Source: Thermodesulfobacteriota bacterium (GTDB lineage: Bacteria > Desulfobacterota > WTBG01 > JAGOGO01). From it: DNA of 32,000 bases. Made by a program: the position numbers and the translations under genes. Numbering within the stretch: position 1 is the first letter of the stretch; every line of letters starts with the position of its first letter. Positions 22,855-30,664 of the stretch are shown here, one piece after another. Under the pieces are notes generated by a model, which was given only the letters and a program-made list of their open reading frames with translations, had not been told where the DNA came from and did no database searches. The stretch is from contig CP113000.1 in the NCBI GenBank assembly GCA_026625185.1, forward strand, positions 2,682,651 through 2,714,650. Reading direction: 5' to 3'.

Positions 22855-24975
22855 ATGCTTTTTTCCCAACGTGTCTTTTGCGGACAAATTACTCCGGATG
22901 ATGTCGGACGCAAGGTGCTTCTTGGCGGCTGGGTGGATGCTTTTCGAGATCACGGGGGCTTGCTGTTCATCCATTTGCGCGATCGCAGCGGTATCATGCA
23001 GATTGTTTTCAGCCCGGAAGTGGCCTCGGCAGACCTCTGCCAGAGGGCAGCATCCTTACACGCCGAATATTGCATTGCGGTTACGGGTGAAGTCAAAAAG
23101 CGGCTCGCGGGTACGGAAAACCCCAACATAGAAACAGGAAATATTGAACTAATGGCCACTGAACTGACTGTGCTTTCTGAATCGGACACTCTTCCCTTTA
23201 CCGTTTCCGAAAAGGCTATGGTACCGGCCACGGTAGACAGAAGCGCAGACAAGGTGGCTGAGGATTTGCGTCTCCAGTACCGGTATCTGGACATCCGTCG
23301 TCCTTCTATGCGGGACAATCTAATGGCCCGACACCGCATCTTTCAGTGTGTTCGAGAATTTCTCGACTCAAAGGGCTTTCTGGAAATAGAAACCCCGGTG
23401 TTGACGTCAAGCACTCCTGAGGGGGCCCGGGATTATCTGGTACCCAGTCGCCTCCACCCGCATAATTTTTACGCCCTGCCCCAGTCCCCGCAGCTCTTCA
23501 AACAACTGCTGATGATCGGAGGAATGGAACGCTACTTTCAAATAGCACGCTGCTTCCGCGATGAAGATCTGCGGCCCAACCGACAGCCGGAATTTACTCA
23601 GCTTGATATTGAAGCCTCTTTCATTGATGAAGAATTTATATATGAACTGGTTGAAGAACTTACCGTCAAGATGTTCGCTGTCGTCGGCATTAAGCTTTCC
23701 AGACCTTTTGCTCGCATCACCTATGCAGACGCGATGGATACAACCGGTTCCGATCGTCCCGATTTGCGCTTCGGCCTGCGCTTTGTCGATGTGACGGATG
23801 TGTTTTATCAAACCAATTATTCGATCTTCCGACAGATTCTGCAGCGTGGTGGCTACATCAAGGGCATTAACATTAAAGGCCAGTCCGAGATGCTCAGCAA
23901 GAATGTACTGCAAAATGAATACGCCAAGGAAATCGCCCCTTCGTTTGGCGCCAAGGGTATGACCTGGATGCGCTCCGAAGGGGGGAAACTCGAATCCAAT
24001 ATCGTCCAGTTTTTCAGCAACCAGGAACTGGAAGCGTTACGTAAAAAATTCGACGTTGCCGACGGAGACGTCCTTATTATGATCGCCGATCCTTCGTATG
24101 CCATTGTAACATCGGCTCTCGGCCAGTTGCGCCTGCATTTGGCGAATCGTCTCAGTCTTATTCCCGCAAATAGCTTTTTTCCGGTCTGGATCACGGAGTT
24201 CCCGCTGTTTGAGGCTACCGATGAAGGAGCCGTCACATCCAGCCACCATCCCTTTACTGCGCCGGATCGGATCGATTTTGATCCTAAAAATATTGAAGAA
24301 CTGCTGATGCTGCGTTCACGTGCCTACGACTTAGTCATGAACGGCGAAGAACTGGGTGGCGGTAGCATCCGTATCAACGATCGCAACCTACAACGCAAAA
24401 TATTTGCAGCGCTTGGATTGACCGAAGAGGAAACAAGGGAAAAATTTGGCTTTTTTCTGCGGGCTTTCGATTTCGGAGCGCCTCCGCACGGCGGTTTGGC
24501 GCTGGGCATGGACCGCACCGTGTCGATGATTCTCCAAACTCCGTCTATCCGCGAGGTAATCGCGTTTCCCAAAAACCGTAGCGCCGCCTGTCCTCTGACC
24601 GGCGCGCCTTCTGCGGTTAAACGTGAACAACTGGCCGAGCTGAGGCTGTTGAATCTGGGCGCTCAGGATTTGTTGCTCGGAACAGCCCAAAAAGGAAATA
24701 GGATAGATCATTTGTCCTGGGTATCGCGCATTGGTATTTCAGCTAAGGAGCGTCCAGTAATGGAACAAATTCTTACCCAGGCCGAGGAACTGGTTTTGCT
24801 TGCCACCCAAAAGGCAGGCAAAGAAGAGCCCATCCGCAACGTCGCTCCGGTCACAAATCACACCCGCCCGGGGACGGAAGAAAAACGCTCAGCCCTCTCG
24901 CAAACAGGTCAACTACTTAAGAGCGCGCCCGCGGTTAAAGGCAATTACTATAAGGTCGCCAGCATTCTGGAATAA
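22855..24975 (+). CDS. aspS: Aspartyl-tRNA synthetase (bacterial type with GAD insertion) fused in frame to a C-terminal GatC-like domain
   Basis: ATG 22855 lies 7 nt after AAAGGAG; the track starts at TTG 22831. The OB anticodon domain is GWVDAFRDHGGLLFIHLRDRSG. Class II motifs are FLEIETPVLT, FRDEDLRPNRQPEFTQLDIE and GGLALGMDRTVSMIL. The ORF continues about 100 codons past the normal AspRS end into a GatC-like sequence. Confidence 0.9.
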   Translation: MLFSQRVFCGQITPDDVGRKVLLGGWVDAFRDHGGLLFIHLRDRSGIMQIVFSPEVASADLCQRAASLHAEYCIAVTGEVKKRLAGTENPNIETGNIELMATELTVLSESDTLPFTVSEKAMVPATVDRSADKVAEDLRLQYRYLDIRRPSMRDNLMARHRIFQCVREFLDSKGFLEIETPVLTSSTPEGARDYLVPSRLHPHNFYALPQSPQLFKQLLMIGGMERYFQIARCFRDEDLRPNRQPEFTQLDIEASFIDEEFIYELVEELTVKMFAVVGIKLSRPFARITYADAMDTTGSDRPDLRFGLRFVDVTDVFYQTNYSIFRQILQRGGYIKGINIKGQSEMLSKNVLQNEYAKEIAPSFGAKGMTWMRSEGGKLESNIVQFFSNQELEALRKKFDVADGDVLIMIADPSYAIVTSALGQLRLHLANRLSLIPANSFFPVWITEFPLFEATDEGAVTSSHHPFTAPDRIDFDPKNIEELLMLRSRAYDLVMNGEELGGGSIRINDRNLQRKIFAALGLTEEETREKFGFFLRAFDFGAPPHGGLALGMDRTVSMILQTPSIREVIAFPKNRSAACPLTGAPSAVKREQLAELRLLNLGAQDLLLGTAQKGNRIDHLSWVSRIGISAKERPVMEQILTQAEELVLLATQKAGKEEPIRNVAPVTNHTRPGTEEKRSALSQTGQLLKSAPAVKGNYYKVASILE
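24697..24972 (+). other. gatC: GatC-like domain (last 92 codons of the aspS ORF)
   Basis: NRIDHLSWVSRIGISAKERPVMEQILTQAEEL...LKSAPAVKGNYYKVASILE aligns by eye, without gaps at either end, to Bacillus GatC as I recall it ([36 protein letters not shown]...MKNAPDHKDGYIRVPSILD). No separate gatC ORF precedes the gatA-like gene. Confidence 0.8.
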
Positions 24976-24989
24976 AGGGAGAAATCTTC

Positions 24990-26189
24990 ATGGATTCAAT
25001 CTTTTTCTACCGCAATCTTGAAATCGTCGCTCCCAAGGACGGTCATTTACAAGGGGTGAAGATTGCGATTCAACCCAACATCTCAGTGGCGGGCTGGCCG
25101 ACAGAGGCCGGTTCAAAAGCACTCCTCAATTTTAAAGCGATAGAAGACGCAACCATTGTGCAGCGACTTCGTCAAGCTGGAGCCTTCGTGTGCGGCTCAA
25201 CCCACATGAGTGAATTCGGTTTCGGTCTGGCCGGCAGCAAGGCAGGCGAGGCGCTTCGGCGACAGGCAGCCGATGTTGAACTGGTTTTAGACTTGATGGG
25301 CGAGAGCCGTCTGGCTGCTTTGCATGCGGCGGCTTGCGGTTTCAAACCCAGTTACGGTTTGGTGTCGCAATTTGGTCTCATCGGATTGATTCCGTCAATG
25401 GAGTGTTGCGGCCTGCTATCCAGAAATTTGAAAAATATTCGTGAAATTTTGCAAACCATTGCCGGTCCGGATGAACTGGATTTTTCAATTCCCGATGAAG
25501 AGATCCCGAATTTTTCCCCGCAGGAAATTGACCCGCAAAAAACAACCATCGGTTTTATTACGGAACCGCAAAACGAATTGTCTAACGATAAGGAAGCAAT
25601 ATTTCGTTATTCTGTTGATGAACTTAAAAAAGCCGGCTTTTCCTTACGCGAAATGTCGCTGCCTGACTTTTCGCTTTTCTCTCTCGTCCATAAAATCGTG
25701 GGCTCCGTGGAGGCCTCATCCTGCGCCGGACGCTATGATTCGGTGCGTTACGGTCCGCGCGCACTGGGAACCAAAAACTGGAACGATATGTATCTTCTCT
25801 CGCGCGGCGCAGCCTTTGGGTTGCTCTTGAAAAGCTATCTGTTTCAAGGCGCATTTTTCCAGTTTGAAAACTACGGCGCGTATGAAAATGCCTGCCGAAT
25901 TCGTGCGCGTCTGCTCACGGATATGCAGTTGCTCCTTTCGCAGGCCGACTTTCTGGTTTTTCCGATAGATAACGGCGCCACCTCAGGAGCATCTGAGTTG
26001 CTTGCGGACACGTATAATCAATTCGCCTCAACCGTTTTTGCCAATGTTACTGGTCAGCCTGCATTGTACCTGCCGCCGGTGTCGGGGGCGGCGCATTTAG
26101 GATTTCAACTGGCGGGGCCGAGGCTTAGTGATGCACGGTTGCTTGCGGTTGGTGAATATCTTCTGAATATGCGCAACGGAGGTAAATAG
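24990..26189 (+). CDS. GatA-like amidase-signature protein, shortened and with degenerate catalytic motifs (probable pseudo-glutaminase)
   Basis: 399 aa against about 485 for GatA. It is collinear with GatA from the IKDNI region to the C-terminus (GFKPSYGLVSQFGL, SVEASSCAGRYDSVRYG, NVTGQPALYLP). However, IKDNI reads IQPNI, GGSSGGS reads AGSKAGE and DTGGSIR reads DLMGESR. About 18 residues before the Gly/Ser loop and the N-terminal ~65 residues are missing. The RBS AGGGAG is present. Confidence 0.75.
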   Translation: MDSIFFYRNLEIVAPKDGHLQGVKIAIQPNISVAGWPTEAGSKALLNFKAIEDATIVQRLRQAGAFVCGSTHMSEFGFGLAGSKAGEALRRQAADVELVLDLMGESRLAALHAAACGFKPSYGLVSQFGLIGLIPSMECCGLLSRNLKNIREILQTIAGPDELDFSIPDEEIPNFSPQEIDPQKTTIGFITEPQNELSNDKEAIFRYSVDELKKAGFSLREMSLPDFSLFSLVHKIVGSVEASSCAGRYDSVRYGPRALGTKNWNDMYLLSRGAAFGLLLKSYLFQGAFFQFENYGAYENACRIRARLLTDMQLLLSQADFLVFPIDNGATSGASELLADTYNQFASTVFANVTGQPALYLPPVSGAAHLGFQLAGPRLSDARLLAVGEYLLNMRNGGK

Positions 26190-26191
26190 TT

Positions 26192-27628
26192 ATGGAATTT
26201 GAAGCGGTCATAGGATTAGAAATTCATGTCGAACTCAATTGCACCACTAAGATGTTTTGCGATTGTCCCAACCGTCCCGGCGACGACCCCAATGTCAATA
26301 CCTGTCCGACTTGCCTGTGGTTTCCGGGCGCTATGCCCCGATTTAGTCAGGAGGCACTTGAGAAGGCATCGATTTTATGTCTGGGGCTGAGCGCCGAACT
26401 TCAGCCCTTGAGCGCCTTCGACCAGAAGGTTTATTACTATCCGGATCTGCCGAAGGGCTTTCAATTATCGCAAGCCCATTTTCCCCTTGCGTGCGGCGGC
26501 GGAATCGACATTACAAACGAAGACGGTAAAACCAAAAGACTCCGCCTTCATCATATCCACATGGAAGAAGACGTCGCCAAACTTGTGCATGAAATGGAAG
26601 GACGCTTGCCGATCAGCCTGGTGGACTTCAACCGTGCCGGCTCGCCGCTGGTGGAAATAGTCACAGAGCCGGATTTCCGAACGCCCTATGAGGCTATGGA
26701 ATTTCTAAAGGCGCTACGCACGCAGGTCCGTTATGTAGGGTCCTCTGAGTGCAGCATGGAAAACGGGACGATGCGCGTCGACGCCAATATTTCCATACGC
26801 CCCAGTGGCACCAATCAGATGAACACCAAGGTTGAAGTAAAAAACATGAATTCCATCCGTCACGTTGGTGACGCCATCGCCCACGAAATCAGCCGCCAAA
26901 GCGCATGCATGCAAGCGGGTGAAACGATTATTCTGCATACACGCCTTTGGGACCCGGACAAAAAACTCACGCTCCCGATGCGCACCAAGTTTGAAGGCCC
27001 TTGTGTTCCCGATCCCAAAGTTCCGGTTATTAAATTATCACCCGACTGGATCGAAAAGATGCGTTCGCGTCTTCCGGAAATGCCCGCCGCAAGGGCAGAG
27101 CGCTTTGTCAAACAGCACGGACTGACTGATGAGGAAGCAAACTTTTTGAGTTCTGATCCGGAAGTCGCAAGGTTCTTTGAGGCGCTGATTGGCCAAGGAA
27201 TCGCGCCGCGCACAGCCATGCATTGGCTCATCACGCAGTTGATCCCGGCTGTTAAAGACCGGCAGCTGGACCTGAGCAGCTCACCTGTTACCCCAGCACG
27301 CTTCGCCAGTCTGCTTAGAATGCTTTCGCAGGACGAGATCAACGCCAATGCAGCGCGCGAGGTGCTTGTGTACCTGTTTGATAGTGACGAATCCCCGAAA
27401 AAAATCGTTGTTGCTCGTGGATTTCAGCAGGTTTCTGATCCCAAGGCTCTCGATGGGTTGATCGACAAGGTGCTAACAGCTCAACCGGAGACTGTAGCCA
27501 AGGTCCGGGGCGGCCAGGATAAAGCCATGGGCTTTCTAATCGGCCAGGTTATGAAAGCAGCAGGCGGTAAAGCCAATCCGAAAATAATACGGGAATTGCT
27601 TGTCAAAAAATTAAGCGAAATTTTATAG
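26192..27628 (+). CDS. gatB: Asp/Glu-tRNA amidotransferase subunit B
   Basis: 478 aa, starting 2 nt after the gatA-like stop. It has VIGLEIHVEL, FDQKVYYYPDLPKGFQLSQ, HIHMEEDVAKL, VDFNRAGSPLVEIVTEPD, MENGTMRVDANIS, VEVKNMNS and a C-terminal YqeY-like tail (GFLIGQVMKAAGGKANP). It is divergent but full length. Confidence 0.9.
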   Translation: MEFEAVIGLEIHVELNCTTKMFCDCPNRPGDDPNVNTCPTCLWFPGAMPRFSQEALEKASILCLGLSAELQPLSAFDQKVYYYPDLPKGFQLSQAHFPLACGGGIDITNEDGKTKRLRLHHIHMEEDVAKLVHEMEGRLPISLVDFNRAGSPLVEIVTEPDFRTPYEAMEFLKALRTQVRYVGSSECSMENGTMRVDANISIRPSGTNQMNTKVEVKNMNSIRHVGDAIAHEISRQSACMQAGETIILHTRLWDPDKKLTLPMRTKFEGPCVPDPKVPVIKLSPDWIEKMRSRLPEMPAARAERFVKQHGLTDEEANFLSSDPEVARFFEALIGQGIAPRTAMHWLITQLIPAVKDRQLDLSSSPVTPARFASLLRMLSQDEINANAAREVLVYLFDSDESPKKIVVARGFQQVSDPKALDGLIDKVLTAQPETVAKVRGGQDKAMGFLIGQVMKAAGGKANPKIIRELLVKKLSEIL

Positions 27629-27800
27629 ACAGGAAGAAGGGTATGTTTTCAAAAGTTCTATAATGCCAACCGGTTAGCAAACATTTTTTAAGTGAAAGAT
27701 AGGCTGATTACTAATATGGTTTTCATAGCACTGGCTGGGCGTTAAATTTCCCAGATCCTGGTTTGGATAATCGGTGTAGTGTGGGGAAATTTTATTTGTG

Positions 27801-27834
27801 AAAAAAAAGGCCTTAAAATTTCTTCTAAGGCCTT
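27801..27834 (-). terminator. Rho-independent terminator of the tRNA gene (possibly bidirectional, also closing gatB)
   Basis: AAGGCCTTA (27807-15) pairs with TAAGGCCTT (27826-34). On the minus strand the stem is followed by 8 T (complement of the A-run 27801-08). On the plus strand it is followed by GATTTTATT. Confidence 0.8.
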
Positions 27835-27846
27835 GATTTTATTAAG

Positions 27847-27920
27847 TAGCGGGGTCTGGATTTGAACCAGAGACCTTTGGGTTATGAGCCCAACGAGCTT
27901 CCAGACTGCTCCACCCCGCA
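27847..27920 (-). tRNA. Initiator tRNA-Met (anticodon CAT)
   Basis: The hand-folded cloverleaf is TGCGGGG-TG-GAGC-AGTCTGGAA-GCTC-G-TTGGG-CTCATAA-CCCAA-AGGTC-TCTGG-TTCAAAT-CCAGA-CCCCGCT-A. Initiator hallmarks are three G:C pairs closing the anticodon stem, A11:U24 and an unpaired 1:72 position. The CCA is not encoded. Confidence 0.9.
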
Positions 27921-27983
27921 TCAAGTAAAATATATAAATATTTCCTTTTTTGCGATTTGTCAATACCCTAGTTGAATTGTTTT

Positions 27984-29198
27984 TTATTCACGCATTCCTA
28001 AAATAAAATAATCCATTAATTTATGACCTTGGGGGAAAAAAAGGCCTGTGTTAGCTGCTGATTCTTCATCAAAAGACGGGGAAAGTTTTTGTTGCACCAC
28101 GTCCTCTGGAGACGGATAAATTACAAAAGGCACTGGATCAGATGCATGGGTCTTCAATTGAATTGGGGTGGCGTGATCCGGGAGGACTAAAACGCGATAC
28201 GAGGAGAATTGTTTAATTTTCGTCAATACCGTTCCTACCACTTTTTCATCAAAATCCTCGATGGCTTTTATTTTATCCCTGATATTTCCATTATGAGCAG
28301 CCTCATCAGGTGCCTCTACATGCACAAACACAAAATCTTTTTCATGCAAGGCATTGATAGCGTATTCTGCCTTGCCGTAATAATTAGTATCCAAAAATCC
28401 GGTTGCTCCAGGAACATCAATAGGTTCGAGTCCGGCCGATAGCCCGATTCCTTTAATAAGGTCAACGGCGGAAATGACAGCGCCTGAACAATCGTATTTT
28501 TTCTTAAATGAAGGGATGGTTATTGACTTTCCTTGACCCCAGAGCCAGATTGAGGAAACTTCTTTATCACCTTTTTGTTTTCGGCGTTCATTAACTGAAG
28601 CGTTCAAGAGAATCTTTTTGGATTTTGCCATTAAATCTTTTAATATTTCTGATCCATTTCCTTGAGGAAGATAAGGTCCAATTTCTTTTCCGGTAATATC
28701 GTGCGGAGGGGTGGTCTTAAGCCCGGAGTTCCCGCTTTTCCAAATCATAAGATGCCGGTAACTAACGCCCGGATAAAATGAAAACTGCTCATCGCTTAAT
28801 GCGTCATTTAATATTTTAATTATGGCATGCGCGTCCTTGTTGGCGATGTGTCCCGCGCTGTAATCCTCCATAAACAATTGTCCATTTTTATCCGTGAGGG
28901 TTACTAAGTTACAGCGGAAAGCGACATCATTAGCGCCAAGCGGAATTTTCATGCTTGCGGCTTCCAGAGGCGCGCGTCCAGGATAAAAGACAGCAGGGTC
29001 ATATCCCATGACCGAAAGATTCGCAACATCGCTTCCTGGTGTTAAGCCTTTGGGAACAGTTTGAACTCTCCCCAAAACTCCCTTTTGGGCCAGAAAATCC
29101 ATAAAGGGAGTTTTGGCCACCATGAGGGGAGTTTTCTCTCCTAATTCGGGTAAAGGATAGTCAGCCATACCATCACCGAGGAGTACAATGTATTTCAT
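27984..29198 (-). CDS. Cofactor-independent phosphoglycerate mutase (ApgM) family protein; by context possibly the alternative homoserine kinase
   Basis: 404 aa. It has MKYIVLLGDGMADYP...PGSDVANLS...HVEAPDEAAHNG...LPDHATP, the alkaline-phosphatase-superfamily metal motifs of the ApgM family. It lies immediately downstream of hom in the same operon. Confidence 0.8.
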   Translation of the reverse strand: MKYIVLLGDGMADYPLPELGEKTPLMVAKTPFMDFLAQKGVLGRVQTVPKGLTPGSDVANLSVMGYDPAVFYPGRAPLEAASMKIPLGANDVAFRCNLVTLTDKNGQLFMEDYSAGHIANKDAHAIIKILNDALSDEQFSFYPGVSYRHLMIWKSGNSGLKTTPPHDITGKEIGPYLPQGNGSEILKDLMAKSKKILLNASVNERRKQKGDKEVSSIWLWGQGKSITIPSFKKKYDCSGAVISAVDLIKGIGLSAGLEPIDVPGATGFLDTNYYGKAEYAINALHEKDFVFVHVEAPDEAAHNGNIRDKIKAIEDFDEKVVGTVLTKIKQFSSYRVLVLPDHATPIQLKTHASDPVPFVIYPSPEDVVQQKLSPSFDEESAANTGLFFPQGHKLMDYFILGMRE

Positions 29199-29232
29199 GA
29201 AAACAAGTCCTTAAATTTTTTATTCACCGCAA

Positions 29233-30540
29233 CTAATCAATCAGATGATCTTCGATCCGAATGAGCATGGTTTGATCAAGGACAACGGGGAGCGCGTCAA
29301 TTTCCTGAAGAGCTTTAGCAACGTATTCTTCTCGTGCTTTGTGGATCAACATAAAAATTGGAACCGCCCCATCTTCTTGCTGGCCTCTTTGAATTACGGA
29401 AGCGATACTGATATTAAATTTGCCGAGTATTCCTGAAATCTGTGAAAGAACCCCCGGACGGTCTTGAGCAGAAAAACGGAGATAATATCTGCTGAAAAAT
29501 TGATTTTTTGCTTTAACCGTGATGGTGTTTTTATTCTCAGGGAAAAAAGGAACCATGGTTCCACAGTTGCCTTTCAAAATATTTCTACTGATTTCAATAA
29601 GATCGCTTACCACCGCACTGCCAGTGGGCATCATTCCGGCGCCTTGCCCGTAAAACAATGTTGAGCCCACAGCATCCCCATAAATAAAAACAGCATTGTT
29701 AACCCCTTTGACATGGGATAAAAGACTATCCGCAGGAATAAGCGTTGGGTGGACTCGCGCTTCAATCTCCCCGTTTTCATCCTTAAAGATGGCAAGTAGC
29801 TTGATTCGATAACCCAATTGCACGGCAAACTCAATATCAAGTGGATGAATCCGTGTTATTCCTTCGGTATAGATATCCTCCGGGCTGATCTTTTTGCCGT
29901 AAACCAGGGAAAGAAGAATCGAAAGTTTATGCGTGGTGTCGGTACCATGTACATCCAAGGAAGGATCGGCTTCAGCGTATCCCAGCTTTTTTGCTTCCTC
30001 CAATACCGCCTGAAACCCTTTACCTTCCTCCGTCATGCGGGTAAGGATATAATTTGCGGTTCCATTTAAGATACCAAAAATGGTAGTGATTTTATTGGCT
30101 GACAAACCTTCTTTAATAGCGCGGATGATAGGAATCCCGCCGCAGACACTTCCCTCAAAACCGATATCTACCTGACGTTCAAATGCGGATTTAAAAATTT
30201 CCTCACCCCGCGTAGAAAGGAGAGCTTTATTGGCGGTTACTACGTGTTTTCCGTTTTGAATCGCTTTTAATAAAAAAGAAGCAGCCGGCTCTTCCCCACC
30301 CATAAGTTCCACTACGATGGGAATTTGGGGGTCATTAATCACTTCCAGCGCATCCTGAGTAAGAGGGAGATGGTTGAGAGAAATTCCTCGGTCATAAGTA
30401 AAATCCAAATCCGCAACTTTAGCGATCTCAATGATCGCGCCAAGACGATTCTGAATGAGGTCCTGGTTTTGCTGCAGAATTTTAACCACTCCGGTACCAA
30501 CCGTTCCCAAACCAATAATGCCGATCTTTATCGTTTTCAT
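29233..30540 (-). CDS. hom: Homoserine dehydrogenase with C-terminal ACT domain
   Basis: The start is preferred at ATG 30540 (MKTIKIGIIGLGTVGTGV, NAD-binding); the track ORF extends to 30591. It has the central catalytic domain and the ACT-like tail YYLRFSAQDRPGVLSQISGILGKFNISI. Confidence 0.9.
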   Translation of the reverse strand: MKTIKIGIIGLGTVGTGVVKILQQNQDLIQNRLGAIIEIAKVADLDFTYDRGISLNHLPLTQDALEVINDPQIPIVVELMGGEEPAASFLLKAIQNGKHVVTANKALLSTRGEEIFKSAFERQVDIGFEGSVCGGIPIIRAIKEGLSANKITTIFGILNGTANYILTRMTEEGKGFQAVLEEAKKLGYAEADPSLDVHGTDTTHKLSILLSLVYGKKISPEDIYTEGITRIHPLDIEFAVQLGYRIKLLAIFKDENGEIEARVHPTLIPADSLLSHVKGVNNAVFIYGDAVGSTLFYGQGAGMMPTGSAVVSDLIEISRNILKGNCGTMVPFFPENKNTITVKAKNQFFSRYYLRFSAQDRPGVLSQISGILGKFNISIASVIQRGQQEDGAVPIFMLIHKAREEYVAKALQEIDALPVVLDQTMLIRIEDHLID

Positions 30541-30664
30541 AGGACTTATAGTAAGCACTTTATGACAAAAAATGAAACTTCGTTGGGCCACGCAACCGGT
30601 TATGTACTATGGTACTATCGACAACAAGGGTTTTATATAAAATGACAGAAGTCTTACACAGATT

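Noticed and set aside
22950-24711. Long antisense ORFs inside aspS (e.g. 23407..23913, 168 aa; 22950..23339; 23853..24236; 24388..24711)
   Set aside because: They are typical shadow ORFs of a GC-richer gene, with no RBS and no recognisable motifs. The sense strand encodes a complete AspRS.
26860-27348. 162-aa antisense ORF inside gatB
   Set aside because: Same reasoning: it is the opposite strand of a well-supported gatB and has no independent support.
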